Assembly: GCA_018335575.1 (NCBI GenBank)
Contig: JAGXRT010000034.1
Location: forward strand, 8,040-72,039
DNA length: 64,000 nt
Direction of reading: 5' to 3'
From: Bacteroidota bacterium
GTDB taxonomy: Bacteria; Bacteroidota; Bacteroidia; Flavobacteriales; Flavobacteriaceae
Within the stretch, counting starts at the first letter, position 1; each line of letters opens with the position of its first letter. Shown piece after piece: positions 57,723 through 64,000 of this stretch. A program made the translations under genes and the position numbers. A model generated the notes under the pieces. It searched no databases and was not told the origin of the DNA. It worked only from the letters and a program-made list of their open reading frames with translations.

Positions 57723-57758
57723 TGTTGAAACTTGATTTTTAGGAGTCTAATTTCAACA
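57723..57758 (-). other. Stem-loop in the 5' leader of the 1102-aa receptor gene
   Basis: TGTTGAAA (57723-57730) is the exact reverse complement of TTTCAACA (57751-57758), with a 20-nt loop. It lies between the putative -7 box and the ATG at 57702. Confidence 0.5.
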
Positions 57759-57771
57759 TTGTTAATTATCG

Positions 57772-57787
57772 CAAATATATATATTTG
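57772..57787. promoter_or_regulatory. Perfect 16-bp palindrome CAAATATATATATTTG, equal to two back-to-back -7 boxes
   Basis: The minus-strand TATATTTG (57772-57779) faces the receptor gene. The plus-strand TATATTTG (57780-57787) faces the spacer. ATTG elements lie 18 nt outside each box. Confidence 0.5.
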
Positions 57788-57934
57788 TCTAAATGGGCAA
57801 TCTGCTAGATTTCAATATTATCAACATATTTTTTAACAAATATGCAAATTTAACATTATTTTAAGAAATATATTTCATTGAGATGGGGTTCTGAATTATG
57901 AATCTCTAAATTCATTGTTTTTGTGTGAGTTGCA

Positions 57935-57968
57935 TAAAAAAACCTCTCTAGTTGAGAGGTTTCTTTTA
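57935..57968. terminator. Rho-independent terminator for the 902-aa receptor, usable in both directions
   Basis: AACCTCTC (57941-57948) pairs with GAGAGGTT (57954-57961). An A7 run precedes it and TCTTTT follows. Confidence 0.8.
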
Positions 57969-57983
57969 TACATAAAATGATGA

Positions 57984-60692
57984 CTAGAAATTATAGCGTA
58001 AGCTTAAATTCCAAGTTCTTCCAAAGCCCCAGTATACTCTGTTGCCATCTGCAACACCATCAAACAATCTGTTATTTGATAAATATGTTCCTTTAGAAGG
58101 GTTTCTAGAATCAATTAAATCAGTTGGGTGAATATTAGTTTGAGATTCAGACATGTATAATTCATCAGCTAAGTTATTTACGTTGATTCTAATATTCATA
58201 GAATCATCGTTTTTGAATAACAACTTATATGAAAGACCTAAATCAATTAAACTATAACCAGGTAACTCTAAAGACCCTTTATGAGTTGGGTTTGTAAACG
58301 ATTCTGCATCAATGGCAGCATATAACTTATCGTAATATGATTGGCTAATATCAAATTTTAAATTAGTAGCTAGTTCATAAACAAGACCTAATCTTAAGGA
58401 TGTTTGCGCAGCATCGCCTACTTTAACACCGTCAAGGTAGAATGTAGCGTTTGAGGCTCCAACTACATTGTTGTTTCCGTCGTATTCTGTTCCTGTAACA
58501 TTACCTTTATACTCCCAATTTCCTACTGAGAACATTCCTTCTACAGTTAATTTATTGAAACGCATGGTACTTTCAAACTCGATACCGGTGTGAACTTGTT
58601 CAATTCCTGCAAAGTTAATATAACCGTCTTGTCCAGTTCTGCTTTGTCTAAAGAATCTGTCTTTCCAAGAAGTTCTGTATAAGTTTAAATTAGCTCTGTA
58701 TTTTTGAGATTTAAATCCATACCCAAATTCTAATCCTAGAATTTTTTCATTGGTTAATCCTTCGTTTACGTCATTATTGTTAAAATTAGGGAAAACAGCA
58801 TTAAATAATGGTTGTTTTGAGTAGTAACCTGCGTTACCAAAAACATTATGATTTTCGTTAATATTATAGTTCAATCCTCCTTTGATGTTTCCACCCATTA
58901 AGGTTTCCCAATCTGATTTTTGCTCAGTTCCGTTATAATCACCTAAATTAAAATAATCAATTCTTTGGAATGATTGATTTGAAATACCTCCTTGTAAAAA
59001 CACTGATACTTTATCTGTTTTATATTCTGCCTGACCAAAAGCTCCTAACCAACGAACTTTTCCGTCATTGTTGTATTCAATTTTTTCTTGATTATCAAGA
59101 TTTATCCATGGATTCCAGCTTGGTGTTGGAGCAACTAAATCGGTGATTGTTCTGTTAGGATTATTTTTATCTGTATTATCTAAATAGTTATCAGCTCCTA
59201 ATAAATCAGATACAACTCTGTAATGTAATCCTTCATATGTTCTACCGTCTACACCTAAATCCCAGCTAAAGTTATCATTTACATCTTTGTGGAAATTAGC
59301 AATTACCCCATACCAGTTGTGTGAGTTCATAGACGATCTTCTGGTCATACCGTTAGAGCTGGTATTAACAAAACTAGTTCTAGTAGCTCCCCATTCAGGA
59401 ACTGATCCCCCGCTGTTCCATTTTACGATGTCATCAAATCTTACAAGACCATTCGCATCTCTTAATCTGTAATCAAAGTCGCGAATACCATTAATTCGTC
59501 CAATTGGGCCTGATCCGCCACCACGCCCCCATGAGCCGTAAAATACAGAAGATAAGTTAGCGGTTTCGCTAAGTTTCCAATCCCAGTTTAACGACATTAC
59601 AGGCTTGTGGTAGAAATTTCTTCTGAAAGAAAATTCTTTTCCGTTTAAATAACCCCAAGCATCATTAAATTTTGGATTTGGTTCGCCGCCACTTCCATAA
59701 TCTTGGTAGCGCCAAATTTCAATTGCTCTTGAGTGTTGGTGATGCCATTGTGGAGCACCTGTAAAAGTGAACATTAAGGAATGAGCATCATTTAAGCGTT
59801 TTCCTAAACCAATAAAATAGTTATGACCTTCAAAAGCAGTACCATCAGTATATCCATCACCAGTAGTTCTGCTAAATAATAATGAAGCAGATAAACCATT
59901 ATCCATTAATCCGGTAGAATACGAGAATACATATTTTTGATAGTTATCATTACCGTACATAGTTGCAATTGATCCGCCTTCTTTTTGATCAGACGTTCTG
60001 GTTAAAACGTTAATTGTACCACCTACAGAAGAAATCGCTAATTTAGATGAACCTAAACCTCTTTGAACTTGCATAGCCGATGTAACATCTGATAATCCGG
60101 CCCAGTTACTCCAGTAAACCCAACCGTTTTCCATATCGTTAACAGGCATACCGTTAATCATAACCGCTGTATTTCTTTGGTCAAATCCACGAATGTTAAT
60201 ACGTGCATCACCAAATCCACCTCCTGATTTTGTTGCATAAACCGATGGTGTTCTGTTTAAAATTTCAGGAAATTCTTGAGTTCCCAGGCGCTCAATAATT
60301 TCTGTAGCTTTAATGGTAGAAACTGCCACAGGTGTTTGGCGTTCTTTAGCAATATCTACTACTCCAGTAACTACTACTTCATCCAAGGTTTCAGCAGATG
60401 GATTAAGTGTAATTTTTCCTAAGCTAGAAGAACCTGTGAATTTAACTGCTTTAGTTTCAAATCCAACAAAGGAAACTTCAATTGTTCCTGAAGTTTTTTC
60501 TAAGGTTATGGTAAAATTACCATCAAAATCAGTTGAGGTACCTTTGGTAGTACCTTTAACTACAATTCCGGCGCCAGGTAATGGCATGCCAGCATTGTCG
60601 ATAACAGTTCCGGTTAGTTTTGTTTGCCCGTAAATAGTTGCAGATGAGAAAATTAATGCCGCTATTAAAAGCAATCTTGTAATTTTGTTCAT
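57984..60692 (-). CDS. TonB-dependent receptor (CarboxypepD_reg N-terminal domain)
   Basis: Signal peptide, LTGTVIDNAGMPLPGAGIVVKGT, the plug region DEVVVTG...SVGGTINV, a beta-barrel, and a terminal SLRYNF. Confidence 0.9.
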   Translation of the reverse strand: MNKITRLLLIAALIFSSATIYGQTKLTGTVIDNAGMPLPGAGIVVKGTTKGTSTDFDGNFTITLEKTSGTIEVSFVGFETKAVKFTGSSSLGKITLNPSAETLDEVVVTGVVDIAKERQTPVAVSTIKATEIIERLGTQEFPEILNRTPSVYATKSGGGFGDARINIRGFDQRNTAVMINGMPVNDMENGWVYWSNWAGLSDVTSAMQVQRGLGSSKLAISSVGGTINVLTRTSDQKEGGSIATMYGNDNYQKYVFSYSTGLMDNGLSASLLFSRTTGDGYTDGTAFEGHNYFIGLGKRLNDAHSLMFTFTGAPQWHHQHSRAIEIWRYQDYGSGGEPNPKFNDAWGYLNGKEFSFRRNFYHKPVMSLNWDWKLSETANLSSVFYGSWGRGGGSGPIGRINGIRDFDYRLRDANGLVRFDDIVKWNSGGSVPEWGATRTSFVNTSSNGMTRRSSMNSHNWYGVIANFHKDVNDNFSWDLGVDGRTYEGLHYRVVSDLLGADNYLDNTDKNNPNRTITDLVAPTPSWNPWINLDNQEKIEYNNDGKVRWLGAFGQAEYKTDKVSVFLQGGISNQSFQRIDYFNLGDYNGTEQKSDWETLMGGNIKGGLNYNINENHNVFGNAGYYSKQPLFNAVFPNFNNNDVNEGLTNEKILGLEFGYGFKSQKYRANLNLYRTSWKDRFFRQSRTGQDGYINFAGIEQVHTGIEFESTMRFNKLTVEGMFSVGNWEYKGNVTGTEYDGNNNVVGASNATFYLDGVKVGDAAQTSLRLGLVYELATNLKFDISQSYYDKLYAAIDAESFTNPTHKGSLELPGYSLIDLGLSYKLLFKNDDSMNIRINVNNLADELYMSESQTNIHPTDLIDSRNPSKGTYLSNNRLFDGVADGNRVYWGFGRTWNLSLRYNF

Positions 60693-60852
60693 TTTTATTT
60701 GTTTTAGATTTTATAAGTTAAAACTTATAAAACGTGTTTATTAACCTCAAAAATAAACATATCTACAAAAAATATTCTATAAGTTTATAAATTGTTATTA
60801 ACAATTTTTTAACATAATAATAGTGTTATAAAATTATGGTAGTGTAGCCCTA

Positions 60853-62421
60853 TTATCCTTTATAAATTTTGTTGGCTAATTCTTTACCCAATTCAACACC
60901 AAACTGATCAAAGCTATAAATGTTCCACATAATACCTTGAACAAATATTTTATGTTCGTACATAGCAATTAGCATCCCTAAATTAAAAGGTGTAAGTTTA
61001 TCAAAAAGGATAGTGTTGGACGGTTTGTTTCCTTCAAAAACCTTATATGGTAAAAGCGATTCAATTTGATTGAACTGCCCCGAAACCTTCATGTCTAAAT
61101 GAACTTCTTCTTTGGTTTTCCCTTCTTTTAAGGCCTGAATCTGGGCATAAAAATTAGCCATTAATTTATCGTGATGTTCGGTTAAGCCGTACAATGATTC
61201 TTTAAAACCTATAAAATCGGCAGGAATTAATTTGGTGCCTTGGTGCAGCAATTGCATAAATGCGTGCTGCGAATTGGTTCCTGTACTTCCCCAAACAATT
61301 GTTCCTGTTTGGTAGTTAACTGGTTCTCCATTTCTATCGATTGATTTGCCGTTGCTTTCCATGATAGCTTGTTGTAAGTAAGGTGCTAGACTCTTTAAAT
61401 ACTCGGTATAAGGCAAAATCACTTCGGTCTCCGATTTAAAAAAGTTGTTGTACCAAATACTAATCAGCGCTAATACAACTGGTATATTTTTTTCAAATGG
61501 GGTATTTTTAAAATGTTGATCCATTTGATTCGCTCCTTTTAACAATTGCTTAAAATTATTAAAACCAACTGCTAGAGAAATAGATAGACCTACAGCACTC
61601 CAAAGCGAAAAACGGCCGCCAACCCAGTCCCACATCGGAAAAATATTTTCATCAGCTACACCAAACTCTTTTACCATGGTTAAATTGGTAGACACCGCAA
61701 CAAAATGCTTTTTAATGTCGTTTTCTGTTGCGCATGTTAAAAACCATTTTTTAACAGTAAGTGCATTGGTTAAGGTTTCTTGTGTAGTAAATGTTTTAGA
61801 TACAATGATGAAAAGTGTTGTTTCTGGATTTAATTTTTTTAAGGTTTCCTGCACATGATCGCCATCGATGTTGGAAATGAAATGAATATTTAACGGTGTT
61901 TTATAAAACTTTAAGGCTTCAACCACCATTTGCGGTCCGAGGTCAGATCCGCCAATTCCAATATTTACCACATCAGTAATAGTTTTACCACTAAATCCTT
62001 TCCAATTACCATTTAAGACTTCATCGGTAAACTGTTTAATTTTATCCAATGTTTGTCCAATTTCTAATGAGATGTTTTTGTTTTCGATTAAAATTTCTTG
62101 CTGAGAAAAATCGCGCAAAGCAGTATGCAGAACTGCTCGTTTCTCGGTAACATTTATTGTATCGCCTTTAAAATAGTATTGAATAGCACTTGCTAAATCG
62201 GTTTCAATTGCCAGTTGATTTAATAGTTGTAATGTTTTTCTATCAATTCTATTGTTTGATAAATCAACTTCTAAGTTTTCTAATTGCAACTTGAAATCAT
62301 TTTTTCTATTAGGATTTTTTTCTGATAAGGTTCTTAAATGAAGGTTTTTAATTTCATTAAAATGAGCAAGTAAATTTACCCAAGCAGTAGTTTTTGTTGG
62401 GTTGATATTCTTTAGTGCCAT
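60853..62421 (-). CDS. pgi: Glucose-6-phosphate isomerase
   Basis: IGIGGSDLGP, the PGI signature GGRFSLWSAVG, and QHAFMQLLHQG. Confidence 0.93.
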   Translation of the reverse strand: MALKNINPTKTTAWVNLLAHFNEIKNLHLRTLSEKNPNRKNDFKLQLENLEVDLSNNRIDRKTLQLLNQLAIETDLASAIQYYFKGDTINVTEKRAVLHTALRDFSQQEILIENKNISLEIGQTLDKIKQFTDEVLNGNWKGFSGKTITDVVNIGIGGSDLGPQMVVEALKFYKTPLNIHFISNIDGDHVQETLKKLNPETTLFIIVSKTFTTQETLTNALTVKKWFLTCATENDIKKHFVAVSTNLTMVKEFGVADENIFPMWDWVGGRFSLWSAVGLSISLAVGFNNFKQLLKGANQMDQHFKNTPFEKNIPVVLALISIWYNNFFKSETEVILPYTEYLKSLAPYLQQAIMESNGKSIDRNGEPVNYQTGTIVWGSTGTNSQHAFMQLLHQGTKLIPADFIGFKESLYGLTEHHDKLMANFYAQIQALKEGKTKEEVHLDMKVSGQFNQIESLLPYKVFEGNKPSNTILFDKLTPFNLGMLIAMYEHKIFVQGIMWNIYSFDQFGVELGKELANKIYKG

Positions 62422-62427
62422 AAATTT

Positions 62428-63657
62428 TTAGCTTTTAATATTTTTATACGGAATTGAATCAAGTGTTTTTTTAACCGATTGAATATAAGTTAAATACTGT
62501 TCTTTGTATTGCTGTTTGATTGGGTCTGATGCTGGCATTTTCTCTCGTAAAGGATCTACTTCGGTACCGTTACGGGCGAAGCGATAACAAACATGCGGAC
62601 CAGATGTATTGCCAGTCATACCAACTTTTCCAATAACCTGACCTTGCCTAACGCGTTCACCAACACGAACCAATCGTTTACTCATGTGTAAATATCCGGT
62701 AGTATAGGTAGAGTTATGTCTAATCTTTACGTAATTTCCATTACCACCTTTATAAGCCGATTCGATAACAGTACCATCTGCAGTTGCTAAAATTTCACTA
62801 CCTATAGGTGCGGCAAAATCGGTTCCACGATGTGCTCTAACCACACCGTATAACGGTATTTTTCTGCGTAAGTTATAACGTGATGAAATACGACTGAATT
62901 TAAGCGGAGCTTTTAAAAACGGACGACGCATAGTATTACCTACTTCGTCGTAAAATTCGTTATATTTTTTAGTTGAATCAGTTTTGTAGCCAAAGGCATA
63001 ATATGTTTTACCGGCATGCTCAAAGGTAGCGCCTATAATTTTACCCATTCCTGCGTAAATAGTGTCGTTGATATACTTTTCTTCGTAAATGATTTTAAAT
63101 TTATCATCTTTTTGTAAGCGGAAGAAGTCGATGGTCCAAGCATAAATTTCTGATAATTCATGTGCAACTACATAATTCATTCCTTCTTCTTCAATAGTTT
63201 CACTTAATGAGCTGTTTATTACGCCAGATGATTTTCGGATAATAGTCTTTACAGGTTTTTTGGTATTTAGCGATTTTACAGTTTCATTTTTAAAATTGAT
63301 AACGGAATAATTTATTTTATCGTGTTCGTATATAAAAACCTGCGCTTTTTGAATAGAATCTTTTGAAGCGAGTATGGTATAGGGTTGTCCAATTTTTAAT
63401 TTTCGAACATCAAAAGTTTCTTTTATAGAGGTTACTATTTTGTCGATTTCTGGGTAAGAAACATTGTGGCGTGTTAGCAATGAACCAAAATTTTCTCCAG
63501 ATCTAATAGTATCTTTTACTACATGAAAATTGTTAAGTATAAACCCGTATTCTCTAATAATTTTTATTTTATCTGCTGCATCTTCTAAAGAATTTTGAGA
63601 ATCTTTACTGCACGAAAAAAAGAAAAATAAGAGTAAAAGGGGAAGTAATCGTTTCAT
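62428..63657 (-). CDS. M23-family peptidoglycan DD-metalloendopeptidase lipoprotein
   Basis: Lipobox FFFSC and the M23 core HRGTDFAAPIGSEILATADGTV...GNTSGPHVCY. Confidence 0.88.
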   Translation of the reverse strand: MKRLLPLLLLFFFFSCSKDSQNSLEDAADKIKIIREYGFILNNFHVVKDTIRSGENFGSLLTRHNVSYPEIDKIVTSIKETFDVRKLKIGQPYTILASKDSIQKAQVFIYEHDKINYSVINFKNETVKSLNTKKPVKTIIRKSSGVINSSLSETIEEEGMNYVVAHELSEIYAWTIDFFRLQKDDKFKIIYEEKYINDTIYAGMGKIIGATFEHAGKTYYAFGYKTDSTKKYNEFYDEVGNTMRRPFLKAPLKFSRISSRYNLRRKIPLYGVVRAHRGTDFAAPIGSEILATADGTVIESAYKGGNGNYVKIRHNSTYTTGYLHMSKRLVRVGERVRQGQVIGKVGMTGNTSGPHVCYRFARNGTEVDPLREKMPASDPIKQQYKEQYLTYIQSVKKTLDSIPYKNIKS

Positions 63658-63712
63658 TAGTTGTTTTAAATAAATATTTCTACATTAAATCACAAGTGTG
63701 TAAAAATACAAT

Positions 63713-64000
63713 TTATTTACTAAAAATAATGTTAAAAGGGTTTGATAATCCTCTATATTCATCCAAATCGGCTTTTAAGGCACCCACAACCAATGATGCT
63801 TTTATTCTGATTGGTATTTTGTTATCATCGTCTGAAATCCAAACAGTTAAACTTTCATTTTCTTTAAATACACGACCTGCCTGAACGTAAGGTCTAAATT
63901 TCAAACATTGCACATTACCAAACTTTGTATTGATAATTTCACGGTCTAAGAGTTTAAGTTTAAATAAGTTTGTTTCTCCATCAAAGAATAAATTTACAGC
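63713..64000 (-). CDS. DUF3108-like protein, N-terminus outside window
   Basis: The reading frame is open from base 64000 (AVNLFFDGETNLFKL...), and the ORF-track start at 63913 is an internal GTG. The C-terminal VWISDDDNKIPIRIKASLVVGALKADL resembles DUF3108. Confidence 0.6.
   Translation of the reverse strand, partial: AVNLFFDGETNLFKLKLLDREIINTKFGNVQCLKFRPYVQAGRVFKENESLTVWISDDDNKIPIRIKASLVVGALKADLDEYRGLSNPFNIIFSK

Noticed and set aside
57793-57864. 23-codon ORF (MGNLLDFNIINIFFNKYANLTLF) starting 5 nt after the plus-strand -7 box
   Set aside because: It is too short and compositionally ordinary to call as a gene from sequence alone. I keep it only as a possible feature of the hypothetical divergent transcript.
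57703-57940. Possible cobalamin or other riboswitch in the long leader region upstream of the 1102-aa TonB receptor
   Set aside because: The region is extremely AT-rich. It has no B12-box-like GCCACTG element and no multi-stem GC-supported architecture. The candidate -7 box leaves a leader of only about 65 nt with one simple hairpin.
63696-63884. 62-aa plus-strand ORF at the right edge
   Set aside because: It is antisense to the DUF3108-like gene, whose frame stays open to the window end. It is a shadow ORF.
1-64000. Search for CRISPR arrays, transposases/integrases, prophage genes, tRNA/rRNA genes, toxin-antitoxin pairs, restriction-modification or other defence systems, and biosynthetic gene clusters
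   Set aside because: No direct-repeat/spacer array, no recombinase-like translation and no cloverleaf-like or rRNA-like sequence appears in any spacer. Every ORF longer than 110 aa is accounted for by a housekeeping or envelope function. The window reads as core genome, so I do not claim a defence or mobile system.

Overview
The window is a compact, AT-rich stretch of chromosome, about 95% coding. It is almost certainly from a member of the Flavobacteriia (Bacteroidota). Supporting signs are a batA-E aerotolerance-type operon, a T9SS type-B sorting-domain protein, CarboxypepD_reg-type TonB-dependent receptors, TAnnTTTG -7 promoter boxes in place of Shine-Dalgarno-led starts, and a single-subunit cytochrome-b sdhCAB.

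I support 56 protein-coding genes, and the first and last are cut by the window edges. Most are housekeeping:
- Translation and nucleic-acid functions: metG, tex, ssb, rnc, rnhA.
- Central, lipid and cofactor metabolism: pyk, pgi, acpP-fabF, purN, thiL, sdhCAB.
- Fe-S assembly and transport: sufA-sufB-(flavoprotein)-sufCDS, corA.
- Several peptidases: pepP, M28, M43, M23, LdcA.
- Envelope proteins: two tandem TonB-dependent receptors, two convergent sortilin/BNR beta-propeller paralogs, and ChaN.

I saw no rRNA, tRNA, CRISPR array, transposase, integrase, phage gene, recognisable defence system or secondary-metabolite cluster. I read this as core genome, not an accessory island.

Three things are most worth a second look:
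1. An 18-nt motif with a palindromic core occurs three times, always in promoter regions: the suf operon, the sdhCAB/BNR divergent region, and a small membrane-protein gene. This looks like an undescribed iron/redox regulon operator.
2. A stand-alone hemerythrin is translationally coupled to a REC-histidine kinase that has no input domain. The pair heads a tight 5-gene operon.
3. An FMN-reductase/flavodoxin-fold gene is wedged between sufB and sufC.

The other observations are smaller: structured inverted repeats in the few long spacers, convergent genes with no terminator room, and unusual domain fusions. All functional calls come from reading motifs in the translations. No database search was possible.
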